Below, in pieces: positions 39,685 through 49,704 of a stretch of 64,000 nt of DNA (positions are counted from its first letter, which is position 1; the number at the start of each line of letters is the position of its first letter). The stretch comes from an uncultured Nitrospiraceae bacterium. GTDB lineage: Bacteria > Nitrospirota > Nitrospiria > Nitrospirales > Nitrospiraceae. Position numbers and translations under genes: made by a program. Location: positions 768,001-832,000 of the forward strand of contig CAWJWJ010000002.1 of NCBI GenBank assembly GCA_963846575.1, in the 5' to 3' direction. The notes beneath the pieces are model-generated. The model was not told the origin of the DNA, did not search any database, and saw only the letters and a program-made list of their open reading frames with translations.

Positions 39685-39960
39685 GTGATCAGTGACGATA
39701 AAGCCAGCCATCTCTCCCATCTCGTATTGGGAGTTCTTAAAAAGAGTGAATTGTGCCGATTGCTTGAGGACGACGGAAAGGTTTTGCGCGAGATTAAACG
39801 GGTGATGGCGGCAGAATTGGAGTTGGATTCGGTGATCGACAAGAAAGTGCGAGCCAGGCTTGCGTCTTATTCCAGACCTATCGTGGAGGGAAGCAGCGAA
39901 TGGGACGTCATGTATCGGAAAGCCTGCGAAGAAGAACAAAAGAAACGCGCCAAGCCATAG
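39685..39960 (+). CDS. DUF507 family protein (second paralog)
   Basis: ISDDKASHLSH..IVEGSSEWDVMYRK. Confidence 0.78.
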   Translation: MISDDKASHLSHLVLGVLKKSELCRLLEDDGKVLREIKRVMAAELELDSVIDKKVRARLASYSRPIVEGSSEWDVMYRKACEEEQKKRAKP

Positions 39961-39993
39961 GCGTACCACGCACGATCCTGACGAGGTCCTATC

Positions 39994-40431
39994 ATGAAAC
40001 TGGTGCTCTTGATTTCATTATACGTCTCCCTGCTCTTCCTTCCAGCCTGTACCCACTCCAAACCAAAGCCACTCGTTCCATTGGAACTTACCTCTGGGGC
40101 CGGTGCTCCGGTCGTGGCCTTGAATACACAAGGGATGGAGGCCTATCAAGGTCGCCAGTTCGCAGAAGCGAAGAGTTATTTTGGCCAGGTCATCCAGGCA
40201 GTCCCTGACTCAGGCCAGGCGCACTACAATTATGCGTTAGCCCTGAATGCCCTGGGTGAAACGGATCTCGCCCACCAGCACTTTATCGAGGCGGCAAATC
40301 TGGCGCCGGGGGATAAGGTCATCTGGGACTCTCCCGCGTTGCGTCCTTACGGAAGTCCCTCGGTGCAAAAGGCAGTCAAAGAGCATCCGTACGGGACAAG
40401 AAAGCCGGATATCGGCAGCGGGCCGCGATAG
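39994..40431 (+). CDS. TPR-containing lipoprotein
   Basis: Lipobox LPAC; AHYNYALALNALG. Confidence 0.78.
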   Translation: MKLVLLISLYVSLLFLPACTHSKPKPLVPLELTSGAGAPVVALNTQGMEAYQGRQFAEAKSYFGQVIQAVPDSGQAHYNYALALNALGETDLAHQHFIEAANLAPGDKVIWDSPALRPYGSPSVQKAVKEHPYGTRKPDIGSGPR

Positions 40432-40470
40432 ACCGATGCCGCGACATATTATTCCAGGAGAGTGACCTAC

Positions 40471-40938
40471 ATGGCGAGCGAGCTAGAAGTTGGTACGAAG
40501 GCGCCGGATTTCTCGTTGCCCGACCAGGACGGCAGCCTCGTCTCGTTGAAGAGCTTTAAAGGCAAGCAGGTGGTGCTATATTTTTATCCCAAAGACGACA
40601 CCTCGGGCTGCACGAAGCAGGCTTGCGACTTCCGGGACTCTCTTGCATCCATGAAGCAGGCAGGGGCGGTTGTGCTCGGAGTAAGCATGGATGGGAAAGC
40701 CTCGCATCAGAAGTTCATCGGGAAGTACGGACTGCCTTTTGCGCTCTTGAGCGATGAAGCGGCGGACACGTGCAAGGCCTATGGGGTTTATAAAGAAAAG
40801 AGTATGTACGGCCGGAAGTATTGGGGTATCGAACGCAGCACGTTTGTAATCGATGCCACGGGCCGGGTGAAGGGACTGTTCCGGAAGGTCAAGGTGCCCG
40901 GGCATGTCGACCAGGTGTTGGCAGTTCTAAAAGAGTGA
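40471..40938 (+). CDS. bcp: Peroxiredoxin Q / Bcp
   Basis: YFYPKDDTSGCTKQAC, ERSTF. Confidence 0.93.
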   Translation: MASELEVGTKAPDFSLPDQDGSLVSLKSFKGKQVVLYFYPKDDTSGCTKQACDFRDSLASMKQAGAVVLGVSMDGKASHQKFIGKYGLPFALLSDEAADTCKAYGVYKEKSMYGRKYWGIERSTFVIDATGRVKGLFRKVKVPGHVDQVLAVLKE

Positions 40939-40942
40939 TGTT

Positions 40943-41218
40943 GTGGATGTATCCGGCTGCGACGTACCGCCCCCTATGGATCCTCTTGAGAAAACTTCCC
41001 ACGCCTGCCGTGCTGCGGCGCTGTCTATCGTGCCGGGATTCGGACATCTCTACATAGGCGAGAAGCGCGGCGGGCCGTTTCTCCTCGCAGGGATCCTGCT
41101 TTTGCTCCTCTGGCTGTATGTCTTTTCTGCTGCTCTCGTACCATTGATCGGGCTCGTGCTGTTTTGTATGCTTGATGCGTATCTCACCGTCAGCCGGAAT
41201 CGCGGCCTTTTACAATAA
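40943..41218 (+). CDS. Small membrane protein
   Basis: ALSIVPGFGHLYIG motif plus two TM helices. Confidence 0.65.
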   Translation: MDVSGCDVPPPMDPLEKTSHACRAAALSIVPGFGHLYIGEKRGGPFLLAGILLLLLWLYVFSAALVPLIGLVLFCMLDAYLTVSRNRGLLQ

Positions 41219-41258
41219 ACAGACCCACTGCCTTACGGGGAGAATATCGGACAGGACC

Positions 41259-42125
41259 ATGACAGAACTGCTTCGTCTCGGAGGGCACGGCCTCATTCCC
41301 GTGCTTCTGTTCTGCTGGATGATGGTGATTCCCGGAGAAGCTATCGGGAAGGTTTCCGGCATCCTGACGGTGAAGGATGTCCTGACCCTGCCGAATCGGA
41401 CGGCTCGAATCGAGGCGCACCTTTCCGGTAAGACATCGGCAGGAGACCCGGCCTGGGGCGGAGTCCCACTGGAATTGCGCATCGACGGCAGGACGGTCGA
41501 GACCGTAAAAACCAATGCAGCGGGCCTGGCCTCTTTCGACTATACGCCGAAGATGCGAGGCATCTATGTCATCACCGTCGCGGTGGATGCGACGGCGGCG
41601 GTCGCCGCAGAGAAGACCGAGGCGACGTTGTGTGTGTGGGAACGTCGCCGACCCATTCTGCTGGTCGAGGTGGAAGCAGTGATGCAACCCACTGTGTCTG
41701 CTTCGACCCCCTCTTCAGGTACGACGGTGGAGCCTGACCCATCGGTACGGCCGATGCCTGACGCGGTCGAACAACTGTCGCTTCTGACTCAGTATTACTA
41801 CAACGTGGTCTATGTGCCGACCGGCGAGCGGTCGTCCTCGGATGAGGCGTCTGCTGCACATGTCCGGCGCTGGCTGGAATCGCACAAGTTTCCCAGAGGC
41901 CTGGTAGTCATCCCGCCTGCAGGCGGCCTCAGCGCTACGATCGAGGCGTTTGCGGCGGATGGCTGGACAACGATGAAAGAAGGGATTGGACGCACTCGAT
42001 TTTTTGCGGAAACACTGCTCCATCACCGGATGGAGGTCGTGGTCGTAACGGAATCGCCTAAAGGCGAGTTGCCGCGGAAAGCGAAGCGGGCGAAGGAGTG
42101 GGCAGAGGTGAGAAAAAAGTTATAA
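41259..42125 (+). CDS. Secreted Ig-like plus degenerate HAD-like hypothetical protein
   Basis: Signal peptide; KTNAAGLASF Ig-like strand; PILLVEVEAV, MPDA, WLESHKFPRG. Confidence 0.6.
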   Translation: MTELLRLGGHGLIPVLLFCWMMVIPGEAIGKVSGILTVKDVLTLPNRTARIEAHLSGKTSAGDPAWGGVPLELRIDGRTVETVKTNAAGLASFDYTPKMRGIYVITVAVDATAAVAAEKTEATLCVWERRRPILLVEVEAVMQPTVSASTPSSGTTVEPDPSVRPMPDAVEQLSLLTQYYYNVVYVPTGERSSSDEASAAHVRRWLESHKFPRGLVVIPPAGGLSATIEAFAADGWTTMKEGIGRTRFFAETLLHHRMEVVVVTESPKGELPRKAKRAKEWAEVRKKL

Positions 42126-42398
42126 AGGGCGCGGCGTCTGGGGCAGGCCCTCGTCGCTAACCTCCGGGGCATGGAAGGGGCTATTGGGAGATGCGGAGAT
42201 CGTGACCGTCCGGCCGCCCCGTCCTCGAAAGGCACGGGGAGAGAGACCGGAGAGAGACCGGAACCCGATAGGGCACGCGGCGCCAGATGTTGACCCGGCG
42301 TCGGGAGTTCATGACGCACGACGATTCACTCCCGAGGCAAATCATGTTATGTTCAGCGCCCGAAGGGGCCTTATCTCATTGAAGGAGTCACAGCGGGT

Positions 42399-43178
42399 AT
42401 GTTGTTAGAAGGCAAGAAGGGGCTGATCATCGGTGTCGCCAATAAGCACAGCATTGCCTGGGCAATCGCGCAGGCTGCGGCGCGTGAGGGCGCACAGCTT
42501 TTATTTAGTTACCAGAACGAACGGTTACGTGAGAACGTCGAAGAATTGGTCGCGACCCTGCCGGGCGCCTCGGCCTGTGTCTGCGATGTCGGCGATGACG
42601 GTCAGATCGACGCAATGATGCAGCAGGCCGCTCAGAAGTTAGGACGGTTGGATTTTCTCGTGCATTCCCTGGCGTTTGCTCCCCGGGAAGAGCTGACCGG
42701 AGAGTTTCTGAATACCACACGCCGGGGTTTCGCGACGGCGCTTGATGTCAGTGCCTATTCACTGGTGGCCGTGACACGGGCGGCGGTGCCGCTGATGACG
42801 GAAGGTGGATCGGTGGTGACGCTGACCTATCTCGGTAGCGAGCGGGTCGTGCCGCACTACAATGTGATGGGTGTGGCCAAAGCGGCGCTCGAGGCGACGG
42901 TTCGTTATCTGGCCCATGATCTGGGTCCGAAGAATATCCGGGTGAATGCCGTTTCGGCCGGCCCGATCAAGACCTTGGCGGCGCGCGGCGTGTCAGGGAT
43001 TAGCAAGATGGTCGACCACCATCGCGCATTTGCTCCACTCCGGCGAGCGACGGAGCAGGGCGAAGTCGGTGACACGGCGCTATTCCTGGTGAGCCCGTTG
43101 GGTCGTGGCATTACCGGAGAGGTGATCTACGTCGATGGGGGGTACCACATCCTTGGGTCGCTGGCGTCCGTCGAGTAG
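42399..43178 (+). CDS. fabI: Enoyl-ACP reductase
   Basis: GVANKHSIAW, YNVMGVAKAALE, SAGPIKTLAA. Confidence 0.96.
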   Translation: MLLEGKKGLIIGVANKHSIAWAIAQAAAREGAQLLFSYQNERLRENVEELVATLPGASACVCDVGDDGQIDAMMQQAAQKLGRLDFLVHSLAFAPREELTGEFLNTTRRGFATALDVSAYSLVAVTRAAVPLMTEGGSVVTLTYLGSERVVPHYNVMGVAKAALEATVRYLAHDLGPKNIRVNAVSAGPIKTLAARGVSGISKMVDHHRAFAPLRRATEQGEVGDTALFLVSPLGRGITGEVIYVDGGYHILGSLASVE

Positions 43179-43194
43179 GACGCCCAGAGCGCTC

Positions 43195-44151
43195 TTGGCC
43201 GGCTCCGTCCCGATTCTGTGCCCCGGTCGAATCCATGCCAACCGCTGGTGTAAACCGGCATGGCTGTCTCCCTTGCGTTCCACCACACTCATCCTCCTCG
43301 GAACCCTCCTTTGTGCAGGTGCGGGATCAGGTTATGCTGCAGCACTCTCAGATCGGGAAGAGGAGGGTTTGGCAGGGCCCGTTCAGTCGGTTGAAACCAA
43401 GGAAAGCCTAATGGTACAGACGGATCGGTTCGACGCCGGGGGCCGCCTCATCGAGCGTATCCAGGATGGACGGGAGACCTCCCAGGGACTGTGGCCGTTA
43501 CACTTCGTTTACAAGTACGACCAGGCGGGTAGAAGGAGTGCTGAGGTGGTACGTGATGGCCGCGGCAGGCTCGTGAAAGAAACGCGGGTCGCCTATGATG
43601 ATCATGGCAATCGATCGGCAGAGGTCGCCACTTGGAGTGATGGGACCTTCGAGAATGCATCGCTGTACGACTATGACCAGGGGCACCGCCGAACGCGAGG
43701 TCTGCACTACAATGCGGAACGGGTCATCAATCGGAATCTCTTTATCTTCGACGTCGAGGGACGTCTAACGCGAGAGCGGTTTGAACGTAACTATCGATAC
43801 GACGTCAATGGGGGGCAGGTGCTCAGGTCCGATTGGTTCGATCTGGGATATGAAGTCACGATCCAGTATGACAACCGTGGTCGAATCCGAGAAAAGAGAG
43901 TGGTCGATCTCAGGGGAGTGACACAGGGTCGTTCGGTGTTTCGTTATGACGAGCATGGCAACCAGAATGAGGAGCGCATCTTTACCGCCGATGGCCGGCC
44001 GACAGCCCGGAAAATCTATCGCTACGAATACGATGCCGTCGGGAACTGGATCACTGAAGCGCTCCAGTGGTGGGAGGTCCATGACCGACGTGAAACACTC
44101 AAGCAGTTCCACATCCGCGAGCGCAGCATCTCCTATTACCCGCTCCCTTGA
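43195..44151 (+). CDS. Secreted YD-repeat-like protein
   Basis: Repeated YDxxG (YDQAGR, YDDHGN, YDEHGN, YDAVGNW); GLAGPVQSV; start uncertain. Confidence 0.7.
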   Translation: MAGSVPILCPGRIHANRWCKPAWLSPLRSTTLILLGTLLCAGAGSGYAAALSDREEEGLAGPVQSVETKESLMVQTDRFDAGGRLIERIQDGRETSQGLWPLHFVYKYDQAGRRSAEVVRDGRGRLVKETRVAYDDHGNRSAEVATWSDGTFENASLYDYDQGHRRTRGLHYNAERVINRNLFIFDVEGRLTRERFERNYRYDVNGGQVLRSDWFDLGYEVTIQYDNRGRIREKRVVDLRGVTQGRSVFRYDEHGNQNEERIFTADGRPTARKIYRYEYDAVGNWITEALQWWEVHDRRETLKQFHIRERSISYYPLP

Positions 44152-44351
44152 TGGCGAGGCTCTGATTTAGAGAATCCGTGGTGGTGGCTTGCCACGATGC
44201 GGGAAAAGTCAAGAGACCTCTTGCATTAGCATCTCCCCTCCCGTACCACTGAGAAATCAGGCCCCGTTAGTTCACGTCCTACGTATTACTGGTCAGGGTT
44301 GAAACCGTCGCGCACACTGAGGCGTCCGATGTAGACCCCGACGGGAGATTC

Positions 44352-45902
44352 ATGGCTCTATCCGAGCGGTTGATCGAGTGGTGTCGGGCGGGATGGCTGG
44401 CAACGATTATGTTAGGAACTTGTGTGATCCCAACCATCAGCCTTGCCCAAGATGTAGGTTCTGAGGGGACCGATGGAAATCCGGGCGCGGTGCAGGGACC
44501 GGACGTCTACGATCCCGTCGGCGCACAGCATTCTCCAGCGCAGCGGGCCGGGACGGCTGACTCGTCAGCTTCCGCGGTGCCTCCATTCGAGTTGGCCTGG
44601 GAAAGGAGACCGGGCAGGAGCTATTTGATCCCCGCGCTTGAGATTCCAGTCTATCTATTTTTGTTGAATCTCTATGATCGTCATTTCACGGAACCGAGGG
44701 AGGAGTATCGCACGACCTGGAATACCTTCCTGAGTCGTTGGACGGATTCGAAGTGGGTGCTCGACAATGATCAATTTTCGGTGAACCAGTTCCTGCATCC
44801 GTATGGCGGCACGGTCTACTACGGCTTGGCCCGATCGGCAGGCCTCAATTTCTGGGAATCATGGCTCTACGCAGGCGCAGGCAGCTTCCTCTGGGAACTG
44901 GGAGGGGAGAAAACACTGCCTTCCATCAACGACCAGATTACGACCACCTTCGGCGGAACGTTTCTCGGAGAACCGCTCTTCCGCATGGCCAATCTCCTGT
45001 TGGAAACGGACGACGAGGGCAAGCCGGGGTTCTGGCGGGAACTGGGCGCGGCGGTCATCTCCCCGCCGACGGGCTTCAACCGCCTGGTGTTCGACAGTCG
45101 GTTTGATGAAGTCTACCCGAGCCACAAACCGGCTACATTCATGCGTCTGCAGGTCGGCGGGACGCTGACGTCGAGTAGTCAAAATGTGTCTTCCAGCGTC
45201 AGAGAACGTGGGGCGGTCGGAGACGTCACGCTCGCCTATGGACTGCCAGGGAAACCCGGGTACCGCTATGCACGACCATTTGATTATTTTGACTTTCATC
45301 TCACCGCCGTGACCGCAAACACGTTGGAGAGCATCGACACCCGCGGGCTTCTGATCGGGTCAACCTATGCGCCGAATGATACCACGCGTGGAATCTGGGG
45401 GCTGTACGGGAGCTACGATTACATTTCGCCCCAGGTCTTTCGGGTATCTACTACCGCGCTGTCACTTGGAACCACCTGGCAGACGTGGCTGTCGCAGGAT
45501 GTGGCGCTTCAGGGCACCGCTCTCGGTGGCGCTGGGTATGGCGCCGCGGGCAGCATTCAACGCTCGGGAGACCGGGATTATCATTACGGCGCCAGCCCGC
45601 AGGCGCTGCTGGCCCTCCGGTTGATCATGGGAGACAGAGCAATGCTCGACTTCACCGGACGGGAGTATTACGTGACCGGGATTCTCTCGCCTGAACCGCA
45701 AGGCAGGGAGAATATCATACGCGGTGACGCCTCGTTTACGCTGCGTGTGTTCGATCGGCATGGCGTCGCCCTTCGGTATGTCGTCTCACACCGGGATGCA
45801 AGTTATCCCAACATCGAGTTTCGGAATCAGACGGTCGGAGCGGTGAGTTTGATGTATGTGTTGCTTGGAGAGAGCGGCTTCGGCGCGGTGGAGTGGCGTT
45901 GA
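44352..45902 (+). CDS. DUF3943-like outer-membrane protein
   Basis: NQFLHPYGG, ARSAG, WELGGE, PSINDQITT; beta-strand-rich C-terminus. Confidence 0.75.
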   Translation: MALSERLIEWCRAGWLATIMLGTCVIPTISLAQDVGSEGTDGNPGAVQGPDVYDPVGAQHSPAQRAGTADSSASAVPPFELAWERRPGRSYLIPALEIPVYLFLLNLYDRHFTEPREEYRTTWNTFLSRWTDSKWVLDNDQFSVNQFLHPYGGTVYYGLARSAGLNFWESWLYAGAGSFLWELGGEKTLPSINDQITTTFGGTFLGEPLFRMANLLLETDDEGKPGFWRELGAAVISPPTGFNRLVFDSRFDEVYPSHKPATFMRLQVGGTLTSSSQNVSSSVRERGAVGDVTLAYGLPGKPGYRYARPFDYFDFHLTAVTANTLESIDTRGLLIGSTYAPNDTTRGIWGLYGSYDYISPQVFRVSTTALSLGTTWQTWLSQDVALQGTALGGAGYGAAGSIQRSGDRDYHYGASPQALLALRLIMGDRAMLDFTGREYYVTGILSPEPQGRENIIRGDASFTLRVFDRHGVALRYVVSHRDASYPNIEFRNQTVGAVSLMYVLLGESGFGAVEWR

Positions 45903-46009
45903 GGATTCGAACGTCGAGATCGGCATTGGCTCAAGGTGGAGCGGGGCATGCCAGGCACGGTATGGGAGTTCTCATCCCGTCGGGCTGGGCAATCATCCGC
46001 TGAGACGAT

Positions 46010-46294
46010 TCATGATCGCGGGCCGGCCCAGATGAGATAGGGAGGTCGCTTGATCGACTCGGCAATGCGTGGATAGAGCCGGAGCGCATAATTATAGGCG
46101 TGTTCTTGCGCGCTCATGCAGGTGGAGGCCAGAAGTTGGTCCGACAGGACCCGGAAGGCTGCCTGATCGTCGGCTTGAATGACGGCGCTATACAGGGCGC
46201 ATGAAAAGTCTCCCTCTTTTAAACATTGAGTGCTGATCACCAAGTGCGTTCCGTCAGCAAAGGTCATGAGCGGATCTAGATTGTTGCGACTCAT
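46010..46294 (-). CDS. Small hypothetical protein
   Basis: GGGGAG SD, 94-aa ORF. Confidence 0.6.
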   Translation of the reverse strand: MSRNNLDPLMTFADGTHLVISTQCLKEGDFSCALYSAVIQADDQAAFRVLSDQLLASTCMSAQEHAYNYALRLYPRIAESIKRPPYLIWAGPRS

Positions 46295-46596
46295 CGACTC
46301 CCCTTTCGTGGCCAACCCACCGTTTTAAACTACAAAAACCGGGTAATGACCGGCAGAGCCCGTCTACACAGCTCCGGCGGATTGCTTCTCTATTGAACCC
46401 GGCCATGCCGCGGCTGTAGCAGCCGTGACCCATCATAATCCTAAACGCTGGGAAGTGGGCGGATATTGTCGTTGTGCTCCGGATCCTCAATGACGGTTGG
46501 GCTTGGGATGATCGCTGCCGCTCCGTTTAGGGTTGTTTGACCGGAGCCCTGCCAGGTCGATGAAGAGCGGCGTGGGGCCGGCGGAGGGGTGGGAGT

Positions 46597-47496
46597 TCAC
46601 TCGTGTAAGGGTGCACATCGAAACTGGACGGCACCGTGGAGCCGTCCGACTAGGCGTCCGACCCTCCACGCGAGCAAGGCGCGAGTCTCCTGACTCTTCA
46701 GCAAAACCGGTGAGCGCTTCAATATGTGGACCCACAGGTTCACGTAGGCGCGCCACCGCCACAGATCGCGCTGGGGCATTCCGCGGGCTTTGTGAGCCAC
46801 CAGCACTTCCCACCGGGACCAGTTCCGGGATTGTGCATAGATCCCCCGCAAGGTGGACCGTAACCGGATATGCAGCAACGCGTCGGCACAATAGTGGAGC
46901 TTCACGCCTGCTCGATGAAGACGCCAACAATACTCCGTGTCGAACAGGTAGGGAATACCTTCATCAAAGCCGCCGATCGCATGGTGGATCGCTCGACGGA
47001 TCCCGAAATTGCCGCTTCCGGCATGCGGGAAATGGGGCGGATAAAAACTCGTTTGCAGGCCCTCCTGCTGAGGATGCTGTCCAAACGTGGCCTCCAACCA
47101 GGCCGGATTGAGTTTTCGCGTGTCGATGCGGCCAGCGACCGCCTCATGCTCCAGGAGCGCCTCGCCCATGGCCTGTACCCAGCCCGAGGCCACCTCGTCG
47201 TCGGCATCGCACAGGGCAACCGCGTCCGAGCGAGCCTCAGCCATGCCCCTGTTGAGCGCGTAAGCCTGAGACTTGCGAGCCGGAGCCGTGATGACGCGGA
47301 GCTGGGGCAGTTTCTCCCGGTAGCTCAAAACGACGTCCGTCAACGCGTCGGTGGAGCAGTTGTCGACCAGGACGATTTCCCAGGGGTACCGCCAGGTCTG
47401 ACGGGTGAGTGCATCAAGTTGGGCGCCTAGCACTGCCGCCGCGTTATGACAGGGAATGATGATGCTGAGTTGTGGGGCACGGCTACCGGGAGTCAT
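46597..47496 (-). CDS. GT2 glycosyltransferase
   Basis: SIIIPCHN, VDNCSTD, CDADD, GGFDE. Confidence 0.9.
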   Translation of the reverse strand: MTPGSRAPQLSIIIPCHNAAAVLGAQLDALTRQTWRYPWEIVLVDNCSTDALTDVVLSYREKLPQLRVITAPARKSQAYALNRGMAEARSDAVALCDADDEVASGWVQAMGEALLEHEAVAGRIDTRKLNPAWLEATFGQHPQQEGLQTSFYPPHFPHAGSGNFGIRRAIHHAIGGFDEGIPYLFDTEYCWRLHRAGVKLHYCADALLHIRLRSTLRGIYAQSRNWSRWEVLVAHKARGMPQRDLWRWRAYVNLWVHILKRSPVLLKSQETRALLAWRVGRLVGRLHGAVQFRCAPLHE

Positions 47497-47741
47497 GATC
47501 TATTCTTAGGCTAATCGAACCACGGGCCGAATTACCTGGATCGATTAGGTCAATCTCGCTCGACCGTCATTTTAAACAGACTGACACTCATTACAAGCTG
47601 GGAGCTCCCCTAGTGCGAAGACGAAGTGGCGGCGGGCAGTCGGGAGCTCATCTGCCCCATGCCACCCGTGACAAATCTGAACCTATCGAATGTGTGCCAG
47701 ATTGATGAGTGGAATGTAATCAGGCGAACGACGGTAGCGTA

Positions 47742-48839
47742 TCAGGGCGTCAGCGGACCGGTGACTGGTGTCCTGTTTTCTTTTTCATCCGCCGCGGCCA
47801 TGCCTTCTTGTGGAAGAATCCGGAAGTGCGTCACGGCAAAAGAGACGGATTGTCCAACGGTAAAGCGGTAACGGCGGAATTCTTCCTTATTCATGCGCGA
47901 CCGGAGGATCAACCCGTCGGGAGTTTCGATTTCGAGCCGGTAGGCGACGCCGAGGAAGTAAATGTGTCGCAATTTAGCCTGTTGCCGGTACCGGGTCGGG
48001 TCTTCCGCCACCTTGAGATAGTACGGACGAAATCCTACCTGCAGCTTCAGACCATCGGCAAATCCGGGCGCCGGAAACTCGAGCGAGCCGACTTGGACCT
48101 GTTCGCGCTGCACGACTCCTTCGACGATATTCATGGACCCGATGAACCGGGCCACAAACTCCGTGGCGGGCTCTTCATAGACGTCCGCGGGAGATCCGGC
48201 CTGTTCCAGCTTTCCCTTGGAGAACACAATGATGCGACCGGAGACTTCCATCGCTTCTTCCTGATCGTGGGTCACGAACAAGCTGGTGACATTCAAGTCC
48301 GTATGCAGGCGGATCAGCCACTCGCGCAGTTCCTGTCGCACCTTGGCGTCGACAGCCCCGAAAGGCTCATCCATCAATAGGACGGCAGGGCGAGGCGCGA
48401 GTGCCCGGGCAATGGCTACGCGCTGCCGCTGCCCGCCGGACAATTGGTGGGGGTAGCGACTGCCTAATCCTTCCAGACTCATGAGCGTAAGCAATTCCAG
48501 GACGCGCTGTTCGCAGTCCCGTCGATTCCATTTTTTGATCTTGAGTCCGAACGCAATGTTATCGAACACCGTCAGATGTTTGAACAGCGCGTAATGCTGA
48601 AAAACGAAGCCGATATTGCGCTCCTGCACGGTCAGGTCATTCACCCGCTTGCCGTCGATAAAAATGTCCCCGGCGGTCGGGACTTCCAATCCGGCTATCA
48701 GCCGCAGGACGGTCGTTTTCCCGCTCCCGCTTGGCCCCAACAGGCCGAGTAGTTCTCCTTCGTGCACCACGAACGAGACGTCCCCCACTGCCGTTCCGGC
48801 ACCGAACTTCTTGGTGAGCCCCCGCACTTCGATTTTCAC
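47742..48839 (-). CDS. cysA: Sulfate ABC transporter ATPase
   Basis: GPSGSGKT, FVFQHYALF, LSGGQRQR, TOBE-like tail. Confidence 0.92.
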   Translation of the reverse strand: MKIEVRGLTKKFGAGTAVGDVSFVVHEGELLGLLGPSGSGKTTVLRLIAGLEVPTAGDIFIDGKRVNDLTVQERNIGFVFQHYALFKHLTVFDNIAFGLKIKKWNRRDCEQRVLELLTLMSLEGLGSRYPHQLSGGQRQRVAIARALAPRPAVLLMDEPFGAVDAKVRQELREWLIRLHTDLNVTSLFVTHDQEEAMEVSGRIIVFSKGKLEQAGSPADVYEEPATEFVARFIGSMNIVEGVVQREQVQVGSLEFPAPGFADGLKLQVGFRPYYLKVAEDPTRYRQQAKLRHIYFLGVAYRLEIETPDGLILRSRMNKEEFRRYRFTVGQSVSFAVTHFRILPQEGMAAADEKENRTPVTGPLTP

Positions 48840-48843
48840 TGGA

Positions 48844-49659
48844 TTACTGTGCCCCCGCTTTTGCCACGGTCGTTTCTGCCCGGGCCTTGGCAATCTCCAG
48901 AATCGTTAAGATCGCGAAGGAGACCGCGAGTAGTGTCAGCGCGACAGCATTCGCCGCGACGTAATTGAAGTCGACATAACTTTGATAGATGTGCAAGGTG
49001 GCCGTTTGCGTGAGCAGAAGAATATTGCCGGAGACCACCAGCACCGCCCCGAATTCCCCGATTGCGCGCGCCACCGTGAGGGTCGCTCCATAGACGAGGC
49101 CCCAGCGGAGCGCGGGCAGCGTGACCTTTAGAAAGACCTGCCACTCGCCGGCCCCCAGAGTTCTGGCCGCTTCCTCTTCTTCGTTGCCCAACGTTTGGAG
49201 CAGGGGAGTGAGCTCCCGCACCATGAAGGGAAAGGTCACGAAAAGGGTGGCGAGGATCATGGCCGGCAAGGCAAAGAGCACTTTGATCTGCACCTCGCCG
49301 AAGAAGGTGCCCAGTAACGTGTCCGGGCCGAACAGCAAGATCAGCATGAATCCCGCGATGACGGGAGAGACGGCAAAAGGCAGATCGATAACACCACTGA
49401 CCAGGGTGCGGCCCCAGAACTGCTGGCGTGCCAGCACCAATGCCGTCATGGTGCCGAAGAGGAGGTTCAGCACCAGGACGATCAGGGTGATTTCAGCCGT
49501 GAGTAAAAATCCGTGCAGCGCCTCCGGCCTTAAGATCTCGGTCCAAAACGCGGTCAGCCCTTCGCTGAAGCTTTGCCGGGCCATGTAAAAAATGGGACCG
49601 ATCAGCAGAACGGAAAAATAGAACCAGACGATACCGATCAGGACCCGGCGCATACCCAT
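48844..49659 (-). CDS. cysW: Sulfate ABC transporter permease
   Basis: DLPFAVSPVIAG, EEEAARTLGA, ARAIGEFGAV. Confidence 0.92.
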   Translation of the reverse strand: MGMRRVLIGIVWFYFSVLLIGPIFYMARQSFSEGLTAFWTEILRPEALHGFLLTAEITLIVLVLNLLFGTMTALVLARQQFWGRTLVSGVIDLPFAVSPVIAGFMLILLFGPDTLLGTFFGEVQIKVLFALPAMILATLFVTFPFMVRELTPLLQTLGNEEEEAARTLGAGEWQVFLKVTLPALRWGLVYGATLTVARAIGEFGAVLVVSGNILLLTQTATLHIYQSYVDFNYVAANAVALTLLAVSFAILTILEIAKARAETTVAKAGAQ

Positions 49660-49704
49660 ACTCCAATCGCCACTGTCACAAATCTCACAGGTCACTCCAA
49701 CGTC

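Noticed and set aside
42239..42261. Tandem repeat gagagagaccg x2
   Set aside because: Two copies only, no spacers; not CRISPR or a recognisable element
43195..44151. Rhs toxin
   Set aside because: Too short; no PxxxxDPxG motif, toxin domain or immunity gene
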